A stretch of 64,000 nucleotides of DNA from assembly GCA_964574655.1 (NCBI GenBank), contig CAZNOH010000001.1, positions 9,852 through 73,851 on the forward strand, read 5' to 3'. The position numbers and the translations under genes are program-made. This DNA is from an uncultured Candidatus Saccharibacteria bacterium (GTDB lineage: Bacteria; Patescibacteriota; JABMPQ01; JAQVVF01). The notes under the pieces are model-generated. The model had not been told where the DNA came from. It made no database searches and saw only the letters and a list, made by a program, of their open reading frames with translations. This document shows positions 20,048 to 28,457 of this stretch, in pieces. How positions within the stretch are numbered: position 1 is the stretch's first letter; each line of letters starts with the position of its first letter.

Positions 20048-20794
20048 ATGTCTAAGGGAGAGAAATTTAAAGTAATTGATCCATCGGGGGAATTGAAGGA
20101 ATGGTCATTTAAAGAAAAGCCAAAAAGTGCTGAACCAATGGTTTGTGAGGAAAAGAGAATAGAAACAAAGCCAAGTGTATTTTTCGAACTTGGAAAAATG
20201 TTTGGAAAAAAAATGAAGTTCTTGAAGTTATACGGAGTATGGATTATTTTTTGCATTTTGGGTATTCTCGCTGTTTTTTTTATTTGGGTATTGGCAATTT
20301 TTGTGCATGGAAGCGATTTTCTTTCTCAGACCATTCCAATACAGTCTAGGTCGCAACAGAAGCAAAGTATTGTCACACAAAATACCAAAGTGGTACAAAG
20401 ATCATGGCCACTGGGAAGCAAAGCAGAAGTATTGGTAGAAGATGTGGAGTGGAATTATTCAAGAAATGAGTTTTACTGTAATTTACATGAGATTAAGGGA
20501 TGGAGTGTTGTTTTTGATCGGGTAGAGACGCGGATCTGGAAATTACAGAAAAGTGATGAATCACCACAAGTTTTTAAACAAAGAGAGCCTCATTATTGGA
20601 CCCGAAACGTGCATCTTAATATTAGGCCTTTTCAACGTTATTGTGGAAAAGATAGACGGTCAGATCGTTGCGTGATAACTTTGGAAAACTATCGAGCATG
20701 GCTACAAGAAATAGAATGGATTGAGGTGAAACTTTTAGGTAAAGATGCACGAGGAAATGAAGTGAGTGTGGTTTTAGAGACTTATGATCATTGA
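20048..20794 (+). CDS. Paralog-family protein P2 (N-module + 1 TM + C-terminal domain shared with P6)
   Basis: MSKGEKFKVIDPSGELKEWSF, one TM. The C-terminal ~115 aa are alignable with the C-terminus of P6 (RIWKLQ..ESPQ.FKQR.P..WTR.VH...LENYRAWLQ..EWIE.KL.GKD.RGNE). Confidence 0.6.
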   Translation: MSKGEKFKVIDPSGELKEWSFKEKPKSAEPMVCEEKRIETKPSVFFELGKMFGKKMKFLKLYGVWIIFCILGILAVFFIWVLAIFVHGSDFLSQTIPIQSRSQQKQSIVTQNTKVVQRSWPLGSKAEVLVEDVEWNYSRNEFYCNLHEIKGWSVVFDRVETRIWKLQKSDESPQVFKQREPHYWTRNVHLNIRPFQRYCGKDRRSDRCVITLENYRAWLQEIEWIEVKLLGKDARGNEVSVVLETYDH

Positions 20795-20952
20795 TATTTA
20801 TACAGTTTTTTGAAGCTGTATTTTTTTTCTTAACTTTTTCAATTTTCTTTTTAAAGATTTGTTCTAATATTAGGTTAGATGATAGTTGACTAATTTTATT
20901 GTTCATGCTATCCTACAGTGATTGTTCTTTGACAAATCAAGGAGGAAGGAAA
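20795..20952 (+). repeat. Array cassette copy A (terminator + CTTAACTTTTTCAATTTTC box + promoter + GTTCTTTGACAAA leader + SD)
   Basis: About 85-95% identical to cassettes B-E over ~130 nt, by direct reading. Confidence 0.8.
20886..20914 (+). promoter_or_regulatory. Cassette promoter (TTGACT-N17-TATCCT) of P3
   Basis: Part of the duplicated cassette; same geometry in all five array copies. Confidence 0.45.
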
Positions 20953-21558
20953 ATGCCAGAAGAAAAGAAAACTTTTCAAGTGATTGCGCCGGATGGAGAG
21001 CTGAAAGAATGGGAAATTGAGAATTCAAAAGAAATAGGATTGGTGGAAAACAAGTTTAAAGAGAGACGAGCGATTTCAGTGAATGTTTTTTTTAGATGTG
21101 GAAGATGGGCAGGAAAAATAATATTGGGTTGGTTTTCTTTTTTCGTTTCAAAATTAGAACTTTTATTAAAACAAAAAGCCGAAAAGAAATTATTGAAAGT
21201 AAAAGAGAAAGTTGAAAGGGAAGAGAGTAAACGGTTAAAAATAAAGAGAATACATGAAGAAAGAATGCATGAAGAAGCAAAGAGAAAAGAATTAATTTTG
21301 CAGAGTATTGATGTTTTGGACAATGCGGGATATCACGAAAAAGCTGCAAGGATTGCTAAGGAGACAGGAAGTTATGAGAGAGCTATTGATATTTTAGATC
21401 GTACTGGACACCATGAAAAAGCTGCAGAGATTGCTGAGGAGGTAGGAAATTATGGGAAAGCTATTGATATTTTGGTACGATCGGGACATCACGGAAAAGC
21501 AGGGAGAATTGGTGAAAGACTTGCTAGAAGATCTAATAATTCTGTAAAAAAAGTTTAA
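20953..21558 (+). CDS. Paralog-family protein P3 (N-module + tandem 19-aa helical repeats)
   Basis: MPEEKKTFQVIAPDGELKEWEI, then three tandem repeats of G[YH]HEKAA.IA.E.G.Y..AIDIL.R.GHH. The start is at the ATG after AAGGAGGAAGGAAA. Confidence 0.6.
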   Translation: MPEEKKTFQVIAPDGELKEWEIENSKEIGLVENKFKERRAISVNVFFRCGRWAGKIILGWFSFFVSKLELLLKQKAEKKLLKVKEKVEREESKRLKIKRIHEERMHEEAKRKELILQSIDVLDNAGYHEKAARIAKETGSYERAIDILDRTGHHEKAAEIAEEVGNYGKAIDILVRSGHHGKAGRIGERLARRSNNSVKKV

Positions 21559-21746
21559 GATTTAAATAAAGATACTATTTTATTAATTTGTACCTTTTCG
21601 GAGTTTTCTCCGATTTTTTTTATTAACTTTTTCAATTCTCTTTTTAATAATTTGTATTAAAATTAGATTAGATGGATAGTTGACCAATCTTATTGTTCAT
21701 GCTATTCTTCAGTGATTGTTCTTTGACAAATCAAGGAGGAAGGAAA
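21559..21746 (+). repeat. Array cassette copy B
   Basis: Hairpin TCGGAG/CTCCGA, the TTAACTTTTTCAATTCTC box, promoter, leader and SD. Confidence 0.8.
21680..21708 (+). promoter_or_regulatory. Cassette promoter (TTGACC-N17-TATTCT) of P4
   Basis: Duplicated cassette copy. Confidence 0.45.
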
Positions 21747-22838
21747 ATGGCAGAAGAAAAGAAAACTTTTCAAGTGATTACGCCGGATGGGGAATTGAAA
21801 GATTGGGAATTAGATGCGCCTAAACTAAAAAAGGCGGATGATAAGCTTAATAAAAAAAATCAGAGTTTGAGATTGGCTTTTGAATGGATGAAGAAAGCAG
21901 GAATGGCAACAGGAAAACATTATAGATTAATCCTGATTGTTGCGAGCTGTGTTTATTTGGCGGTATGGATTTGGCAAGAAAGATCTTTTCGTCTTGAAGA
22001 ACTTCATCGTCAAGAAGTAGTAGCTATGCAGTTACAGCAAAAAGAGAAAGCTAGAATGAGAGTAGGAGAAGAAAAAAAGGAAGAGAAGATTGCAACCACA
22101 AAGGCACAAAAAACTGACGAAAAAACACAAGAGGTTGAAGAAAAAGTTGAAGTTGCAGAACCTGAAAAAGAAAAAGAATGCTATGGTAAAGGGAACAAAT
22201 TGGTGAATGGGGTATGCGTACTAGAACATGTTATAAGAATGCATGAACAGTACGAGCACGAATTACAAAAAGAAAGACAAGCAGACAAAGAGAGACAACG
22301 TGGAGATGAGTTACGCAGGAAAGAAGTGTTTCACAGACAAGAGGAAGCTTGGTTGGTAGAAGAAGCAATGCGAAAGTTAGAAGTGGAGCGGAAAGAGGAG
22401 CACGAAGCTATTTTGGGACAACGACATGAGTATTTGAAAGAGCAACGAAGATTAGAAAGAGAGAGCAATCCTCATGTATATAGATCAAAATATCCAGTAG
22501 TTTTAAAGCCAGATTTATTAATAAAAGGAGCCTCTTCTAGCGTGATAGACGTTCCGGATGACTTTATAATCAGAGAAGTCATTATTGAACTAGATGTGAA
22601 GGTGGATAAACAGTATCTTCCATCTCAAAGTCATTTTGATTGTAATCTCTTGAGATCAGGCAAATTAATTAGTTTAAAAGGTTGTTGTATAGGTGGATGT
22701 GTTTTTAGCGAATTTATTCGTGAATCGTCAAGAGGGGAATGGAAAATATTGAAGAAAAAAATGCCAGGACGATTTCTTAGGTGGAAGATAACAATTGTCC
22801 CGGCAATTGCAGAAGATGGAACAGTGTTAAAACCTTAG
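21747..22838 (+). CDS. Paralog-family protein P4 (N-module + TM + charged coiled-coil + P-domain-like C-terminus)
   Basis: First ~90 aa identical to P5. E/K/R/Q-rich middle section. C-terminal ~95 aa alignable with P5 (VIDVPDDF.IR...CNL.RSGK...GEWKI...ITI.PA.AEDGTVLKP). Confidence 0.6.
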   Translation: MAEEKKTFQVITPDGELKDWELDAPKLKKADDKLNKKNQSLRLAFEWMKKAGMATGKHYRLILIVASCVYLAVWIWQERSFRLEELHRQEVVAMQLQQKEKARMRVGEEKKEEKIATTKAQKTDEKTQEVEEKVEVAEPEKEKECYGKGNKLVNGVCVLEHVIRMHEQYEHELQKERQADKERQRGDELRRKEVFHRQEEAWLVEEAMRKLEVERKEEHEAILGQRHEYLKEQRRLERESNPHVYRSKYPVVLKPDLLIKGASSSVIDVPDDFIIREVIIELDVKVDKQYLPSQSHFDCNLLRSGKLISLKGCCIGGCVFSEFIRESSRGEWKILKKKMPGRFLRWKITIVPAIAEDGTVLKP

Positions 22839-23002
22839 ATCTTTTTTGTTAAAACGCGCATTATTGACGCGTTTTTTTCTTAACTTTTTCAATTTTGTTT
22901 TTGAAGATTTGTTCTAACATTAGGTTAGATGATAGTTGACCAATCTTATTGTTCATGCTATTCTTCAGTGATTGTTCTTTGACAAATCAAGGAGGAAGGA
23001 AA
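22839..23002 (+). repeat. Array cassette copy C
   Basis: Hairpin AACGCG/CGCGTT; the remainder is near-identical to copy B and continues into the identical first ~270 nt of P4/P5. Confidence 0.8.
22936..22964 (+). promoter_or_regulatory. Cassette promoter (TTGACC-N17-TATTCT) of P5
   Basis: Duplicated cassette copy, identical to the P4 copy. Confidence 0.45.
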
Positions 23003-23959
23003 ATGGCAGAAGAAAAGAAAACTTTTCAAGTGATTACGCCGGATGGGGAATTGAAAGATTGGGAATTAGATGCGCCTAAACTAAAAAAGGCGGATGATAA
23101 GCTTAATAAAAAAAATCAGAGTTTGAGATTGGCTTTTGAATGGATGAAGAAAGCAGGAATGGCAACAGGAAAACATTATAGATTAATCCTGATTGTTGCG
23201 AGCTGTGTTTATTTGGCGGTATGGATTTGGCAAGAAAGATCTTTTCGTCTTGAAGAACTTCATCGTCAGCAGGTAGTAGCTAAGCAGTTACTGCAGGTGG
23301 AAGAAGGAAAAAGAGAGAGAATAAGAATACGAACAGATGAAGAAAGAAAACGTCGTGATGAAGTAGAGAGACAACAGTTGGAACGGCAAAGGTTGGAAGA
23401 ACAGCTGTGGGTAGAAGAGGAGCATAGCAGGCAGGCAAAATTACGTCAGACGAAAGATGATAGGAGACGTCGTGATGAAGAGGAAAGACGGCTGATAATG
23501 TTGCGTCGACAAGAGGAAATCAGATTGGCACGAGAGGCAAAGCAAAGAGAGAGGGAAGAACGTGAACCGCATACATATAAAACGAGTCAGCCAATGGTAT
23601 TAAAAGCAGGCGCATCACAAGAAGCTTATTTTAAATTTGCAGAGAGTGTAATTGATGTTCCAGATGATTTTTATATTAGAGGGATTAGGATTTGGTTAAA
23701 GTTGGATGTTAAGAGCTTTTATAGAGATGAATTTTTAAAACCTCGTTATGACGGTTTAGAATGTAATCTCGTGAGATCTGGCAAGGTAACTTTTTTAAGA
23801 GATTGTTGTCTTGATGGATGTCTTTTTGATGAATTTAATAGTGAATCGTCAAAAGGAGAATGGAAGATAAAGGTAAGAGCAGTAGAAGGATGGATTAATT
23901 CGTGGCAGATAACAATTACGCCAGCAGTTGCAGAAGATGGGACAGTATTAAAACCATAG
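23003..23959 (+). CDS. Paralog-family protein P5 (mosaic paralog of P4)
   Basis: Identical to P4 over the promoter, leader and first ~90 codons, diverges into an R/E-rich coiled-coil, then rejoins P4 in the C-terminal beta-domain. Confidence 0.6.
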   Translation: MAEEKKTFQVITPDGELKDWELDAPKLKKADDKLNKKNQSLRLAFEWMKKAGMATGKHYRLILIVASCVYLAVWIWQERSFRLEELHRQQVVAKQLLQVEEGKRERIRIRTDEERKRRDEVERQQLERQRLEEQLWVEEEHSRQAKLRQTKDDRRRRDEEERRLIMLRRQEEIRLAREAKQREREEREPHTYKTSQPMVLKAGASQEAYFKFAESVIDVPDDFYIRGIRIWLKLDVKSFYRDEFLKPRYDGLECNLVRSGKVTFLRDCCLDGCLFDEFNSESSKGEWKIKVRAVEGWINSWQITITPAVAEDGTVLKP

Positions 23960-24125
23960 ATTGTTTTTTGTTAAAACGCGCATGTGTCGCGTTTTTTTTT
24001 TAACTTTTTCAGTTTTCTTTTTAATAATTTGCATTAAAATCAGATTAGACGGATAGTTGACCAATTTTATTGTTCATGCTATCCTGTAGTGATTGTTCTT
24101 TAAACAAAGAAAAGAGGAGGGAAGT
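23960..24125 (+). repeat. Array cassette copy D
   Basis: Same terminator type as copy C, box TTAACTTTTTCAGTTTTC. The leader variant ends GTTCTTTAAACAAAGAAAAGAGGAGGG. Confidence 0.75.
24057..24085 (+). promoter_or_regulatory. Cassette promoter (TTGACC-N17-TATCCT) of P6
   Basis: Duplicated cassette copy. Confidence 0.45.
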
Positions 24126-25271
24126 ATGCCTACAGAAAAGATATTTAGGGTGATTACGCCGGCAGGAGAGAGAAAAGAGTGGGTGATAAAAAATGAAGCT
24201 TGCGAAGTTCAACCTAAATGTTTAGTGCAAGAACAAAAGAAAGATAGATTTGATGGATTTTTAGATGGAGTGAGCAAGAAATTGGGTGAAGCGGGAAAGG
24301 AATTAGCTAAAATAACAGTTTCTTTTATTTCATGGTTGAGAACGAATATTAGAGTGATCTTGCTTGCTATGTTAGTCTTAGCGGCTTGTATAGCGCTATG
24401 GCGCTTAGTAGTTTTTGTAGGCATTCTATACGAGGCATTTGTTGATTGGTTGACGAAAAATAAATCTTCAGATGGAGCATGGTGGATGACTTATTTTCTT
24501 GGCATTGGCATATGGTTGATGATTGCTGTTGTTTATTTTCTGTTGATCTATGTCAAAAGAGAACACAGAATTTGGGGAGTTCGTTATTATGATTTTGCTG
24601 ACTTTTTTTGGTTCTTGGCATTAGGAGTATTTTTAGCATTTGTTGGCGGGTTAATTTCAGCGCAGGTCGCTTCTTGGCTTGCTTCGATTGTACCTTGGTA
24701 CTTGTCAATAATTATTCCATTAGCGGTTTCTTTGTTAGGAATTGGATTGATTAAAAACGGAATTTATCAATGCAATTTTGATGAAAAAGTTTGGTGGATA
24801 GTTATTCTAGCTGTGATATTGTTAGTCTCTGGAGTTAAAGCAGGCTGTGAATTAAGAAAAAAATGGCAGACTGAAAGAGAAGAATCTTTACGACAGCAAG
24901 CAGTTGAGCGTTTGAAATGCAAGGCAAGAATTTTGGTAGAACATTCAAGTTGGGGTTGGTCAAATAATGAATTTCATTTTAGTTTACAGGACATGGGAAA
25001 TTGTGGAGTTGTTTTGAATAAAGCGGAAGTCAGGATTTGGAAATTGCAAGAAGATAATGAATCTCCGCAATCTTTTAAGCAACGCCAGCCGTTTTTTTGG
25101 ACAAGAGATGTTCATTTTGAGGCTGACTCATTTCAATGCATGGAGGGTAGTATAAAATTGGAAAATTATCGGGCTTGGTTGCAAGATAAAGAATGGATTG
25201 AAATTAAACTATTTGGTAAAGATGAGCGTGGAAATGAGTTAATTGTACTTTTGGAAGCATATGATGAATAA
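24126..25271 (+). CDS. Paralog-family protein P6 (N-module + polytopic membrane region + C-terminal domain shared with P2)
   Basis: MPTEKIFRVITPAGERKEWVI, about six hydrophobic helices, C-terminal domain homologous to the P2 C-terminus. Confidence 0.6.
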   Translation: MPTEKIFRVITPAGERKEWVIKNEACEVQPKCLVQEQKKDRFDGFLDGVSKKLGEAGKELAKITVSFISWLRTNIRVILLAMLVLAACIALWRLVVFVGILYEAFVDWLTKNKSSDGAWWMTYFLGIGIWLMIAVVYFLLIYVKREHRIWGVRYYDFADFFWFLALGVFLAFVGGLISAQVASWLASIVPWYLSIIIPLAVSLLGIGLIKNGIYQCNFDEKVWWIVILAVILLVSGVKAGCELRKKWQTEREESLRQQAVERLKCKARILVEHSSWGWSNNEFHFSLQDMGNCGVVLNKAEVRIWKLQEDNESPQSFKQRQPFFWTRDVHFEADSFQCMEGSIKLENYRAWLQDKEWIEIKLFGKDERGNELIVLLEAYDE

Positions 25272-25465
25272 TATTATTACAGCTCTTTAAAGCTGTATTT
25301 TTTTCTTAACTTTTTCAATTTTCTTTTTTATAATTCGTATTAAAATCAGATTAGATGAATAGTTGATCAATTTTATTGTTCATGCTATTCTATAGTGATT
25401 GTTCTTTGACAAATCAATCCGCCTTCATCTCTGCGGAGACTACGGTGGACAGGGGAGGAAGGAAA
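25272..25465 (+). repeat. Array cassette copy E (with a ~40-nt GC-rich leader insertion)
   Basis: Hairpin ACAGCT/AGCTGT, box, promoter TTGATC-N17-TATTCT. The leader GTTCTTTGACAAATCAA is interrupted by TCCGCCTTCATCTCTGCGGAGACTACGGTGGACAGG before GGGAGGAAGGAAA. Confidence 0.75.
25363..25391 (+). promoter_or_regulatory. Cassette promoter (TTGATC-N17-TATTCT) of P7
   Basis: Duplicated cassette copy. Confidence 0.4.
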
Positions 25466-26269
25466 ATGGCAGAAGAAAAGAGGACTTTCAAGGTTGTTGC
25501 GCCGGATGGAGAGTTGAAGGAATGGGAGTTTGGAGCTTCGGAGGCAAAGAAAAGTATCTCTTTAGAATCATGTCAGTCAACTAAAACAGATGAGATTATC
25601 AAACATTCTTCAAATCAGATTCGAGCAGAAGCGTATATAGTTGTTTTTAAGATCGGTAAATGGTTGGGAAATGTGATTAAACATTTTGTTTTGCAACTTA
25701 GGATATTTTGGCAAAAAATGACAGCTAAGAAATATTCTACTTATGATGATTTTCAGAAAGGCAAGTGTCTTATGGTAGTAGAGGAAGACTTGATTATTAG
25801 TGAAAAGGAACTTAGATATGAACAATCATATGGAAGATCGTATTTGAAATTAATTATGGTAATTTCATGTCTAAGGGAAATAAATGTTGTTTTCACAAAA
25901 GGCAAAGTTGTAGGCGAGAGTGAATATGGTCTTGCAGAATTTGATATTACTGGTTGTATTAGGAATTTGGAAATTTTTGTTTTTGTAGACAGAAAAGAAA
26001 TAGTTATCGATTTGAGTTGTTTAATCAGTCTGATTGAAAAATGTGAAGTGTTAAATATAGAACTTTTGGGGAGCGAAACAGATTTGTTTTCAGGGCAAAA
26101 AAGATTGAGAAAAATTCGTTTTGAATTTGCTAAATTAGGAGGTAAATTAGTTAAATATCATTGTACTTTTTGTGATTCTAGTGCTTTCTCTTCTGATTTG
26201 CTTTTTTATTCCCAATTTATTTGGGATTTTTTATTTTTCTTAATTTTTTCAGTATTTTTCTTATTATAA
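25466..26269 (+). CDS. Paralog-family protein P7 (N-module + distinct body + C-terminal hydrophobic tail)
   Basis: MAEEKRTFKVVAPDGELKEWEF. Its leader carries a ~40-nt GC-rich insertion relative to the other cassettes. The C-terminus FLFFLIFSVFFLL is hydrophobic. Confidence 0.55.
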   Translation: MAEEKRTFKVVAPDGELKEWEFGASEAKKSISLESCQSTKTDEIIKHSSNQIRAEAYIVVFKIGKWLGNVIKHFVLQLRIFWQKMTAKKYSTYDDFQKGKCLMVVEEDLIISEKELRYEQSYGRSYLKLIMVISCLREINVVFTKGKVVGESEYGLAEFDITGCIRNLEIFVFVDRKEIVIDLSCLISLIEKCEVLNIELLGSETDLFSGQKRLRKIRFEFAKLGGKLVKYHCTFCDSSAFSSDLLFYSQFIWDFLFFLIFSVFFLL

Positions 26270-26325
26270 AAAAGCAAAAATGAAGCTAGCAGATAGTTCT
26301 TTCACAACAGGCAAAGGAGGACAAA

Positions 26326-27285
26326 ATGTGGGCGAAAATCGGGTTTTTTTTGCTGGCAGTCTTGGCAATTTATATCGGCATTGCGCTTTTAGTAAAGTTT
26401 TTTCCGCAGATTTTTCGGCAAAAAAATCTTGATACTCTGCGGAGGGCAAGCGGAAATATGTTTGTTCCTCAAGGCGCTTTTGGAAGAACTCTTGGATTAA
26501 CATTGGGAATTCCGGTGGCGATAATGGGAGTAACAGCAGTAGTAGAATTTGAACAAAAAAGATTGCTAGGTTTGAAAATTAGAGAACTGGAAAATAAGAT
26601 AGTTGCTAAATTAAGCAAAGGAATTATTTATTTTATTTCGCTTAGAGTTTTTTTGGATGAGAAGTTGAGTTTGTGGAAAAGACAGATTGCAATTGGTGAA
26701 TTTGAGCATCTTAGTTTGTTGGGCGAGGTTGATGATTTGGCGAGAAAATTAAAAGATTTTTGGCCAGTGATTTCAGAAATCGAAGTTTTGCTGGCAGATA
26801 ATTTTCAATTGTTAGAAAAAGTGAAGCAAATGCAGTTGCCTTCGGAAATTAATGGCGAGGTTGGGAAATTGGAGCAGGCTTTGAGGGAATACCAGAAAAT
26901 AACGATAGATTTTGACAGTTTGGCGCCTTTTGTTTCTTTGGGCGATGATTTGAAACAGATCAATACTTTATTAAAGCAAATTATGATGATGGATTCTGAA
27001 TTGCAGAATAAGATTGAGCCTAAAAAAGATTATTATATCATTTTAGGACTTAAAAAAAATGCTTCACAAGAAGAGATAAAGAAAGCTTATCGAGCTTTGG
27101 CGATAAAATTTCATCCTGATAAAAAAAGATCCCAATTGGAAAAAATTGACGATGAGGATATGAAAGCCAGAATTGAAGAAGAATATAATCGGATGCTGGC
27201 GGATATTAATGAAGCTTATGGAATTTTATTAGATGTCCAAAAGAGAGAAGAATATGACCGAACTTTTTCGTCAAGTACTTTTTAG
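26326..27285 (+). CDS. DjlA-like membrane-anchored J-domain co-chaperone
   Basis: Two N-terminal TM helices, a coiled-coil middle, and a C-terminal J domain with HPD (DYYIILGLKKNASQEEIKKAYRALAIKFHPDKK). Confidence 0.7.
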   Translation: MWAKIGFFLLAVLAIYIGIALLVKFFPQIFRQKNLDTLRRASGNMFVPQGAFGRTLGLTLGIPVAIMGVTAVVEFEQKRLLGLKIRELENKIVAKLSKGIIYFISLRVFLDEKLSLWKRQIAIGEFEHLSLLGEVDDLARKLKDFWPVISEIEVLLADNFQLLEKVKQMQLPSEINGEVGKLEQALREYQKITIDFDSLAPFVSLGDDLKQINTLLKQIMMMDSELQNKIEPKKDYYIILGLKKNASQEEIKKAYRALAIKFHPDKKRSQLEKIDDEDMKARIEEEYNRMLADINEAYGILLDVQKREEYDRTFSSSTF

Positions 27286-27364
27286 TATTTGACATTTTTC
27301 TTTTGTTTTGTTTGAACAAGATAAAAGAAAGATAGTTAGCTCTTTAAAAAAAGGAGGGAGAGAC

Positions 27365-28192
27365 ATGGCAAACATAGTCAAGAGGCCAGAATCAGTAACA
27401 GCGCTTTTGACTGATATTCGGAAATTTACAGGCGGTCAATTTTCATCAGTTAGAAAAGAAGATCAGCAGGCAAGTTTTGGCAAAAAACTGCAAGTTGTTT
27501 TTCTGTTTGATACAACTGGAAGCATGTATCCGTATTATGAGCTTGGCAAGAAGCAAATTAGCCAGATAGTTTCGAAGGTCGTAGAAAAACATCGGCAGGC
27601 GCAGTTTTGCTATTTGGCTTATAAGAATCATGGCGATGAAACAGAATTTTTTGACGGCGAGAATCCTTTCTTTGCCTCTTCTTTTACCAGTGATCCAGAA
27701 CAAATCAAGTTGGAATTAGAGAAGGTGAAGAATGGAGGCGGAGGCGATGGTTTGACAGCTTTGGAATGCGTTTTTCATTATCTTAATGTAAATGTCAAAT
27801 GGCAAGATTCGGCAACAAAAATTGTGGTTTTAATTGGCGATATGCCGCCTCATGGAGTGATTGATTCGGTAGCAAAATGTCCAAAAAAGCATAATTATCA
27901 AGATGAGATTGCGCAAATGAAGGCGAAAGGGATAAAGGTTTATTCAGTATTCTGTTTTGAAGAGGGTAATTTGGTTTCATCTCGGATAAAGCAGGTTAAA
28001 ATGTTTTTTAGGGAAACAGCTTCAAGAACTAATGGGCGCTATCTGGAATTGGCAGAGATTGGAGAAATTGTTGATTTGTTGACAGGAATTTGCATGAAGG
28101 AAATTGGTCATTTGGATGAATTTGTCAAGGATTTGGAAAGATTGCAGCAGCTTTCCGATGGGAAGAGAAGACTGTTGCTGGCACTGAAGTAA
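27365..28192 (+). CDS. von Willebrand factor type A (vWA) domain protein
   Basis: MIDAS-like VVFLFDTTGSM with an alpha/beta alternation typical of vWA. Start is the ATG after AAAAAGGAGGGAGAGAC. Confidence 0.6.
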   Translation: MANIVKRPESVTALLTDIRKFTGGQFSSVRKEDQQASFGKKLQVVFLFDTTGSMYPYYELGKKQISQIVSKVVEKHRQAQFCYLAYKNHGDETEFFDGENPFFASSFTSDPEQIKLELEKVKNGGGGDGLTALECVFHYLNVNVKWQDSATKIVVLIGDMPPHGVIDSVAKCPKKHNYQDEIAQMKAKGIKVYSVFCFEEGNLVSSRIKQVKMFFRETASRTNGRYLELAEIGEIVDLLTGICMKEIGHLDEFVKDLERLQQLSDGKRRLLLALK

Positions 28193-28202
28193 GGAGGAAG
28201 CC

Positions 28203-28457
28203 ATGGTAGAAGAACGGAATGAAACAGTTGCAAAAGGAATTAATTTTTTGTTGGATATGGCTGCAAATATGGGCAAGATGGCAGTGAACAATGTTTTTGA
28301 AGTGGAGACAGCGGATGATAGGACAAAAGAAGTGAGCAAAGCGGAGATCAAGAAAAGTTTCAGAAAGCAATTGATAAAAATGGTCTTGGATTTTTTCGGT
28401 GACGAGGAGGATGAGCAGAAACCCGAAGACAAACAAGGAGGCGAGCCATGTGGTTGA
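28203..28457 (+). CDS. Small acidic hypothetical protein
   Basis: 84 aa, SD TAAGGAGGAAGCC, overlaps the next ORF by 10 nt (coupling). Confidence 0.45.
   Translation: MVEERNETVAKGINFLLDMAANMGKMAVNNVFEVETADDRTKEVSKAEIKKSFRKQLIKMVLDFFGDEEDEQKPEDKQGGEPCG

Noticed and set aside
20930-20945. TTGACA inside the GTTCTTTGACAAA motif as a -35 hexamer
   Set aside because: It is only ~20-25 nt from the start codon, with the SD in between. There is no room for a spacer, a -10 and a transcription start. A separate TTGACC-N17-TAT[TC]CT promoter lies upstream.
20795-26325. Diversity-generating retroelement (DGR) explanation for the variable paralogs
   Set aside because: No reverse transcriptase ORF (no YxDD-containing RT-like protein) occurs in the window. 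Differences between copies are whole-domain swaps and mixed substitutions, not adenine-specific mutations in a defined VR.
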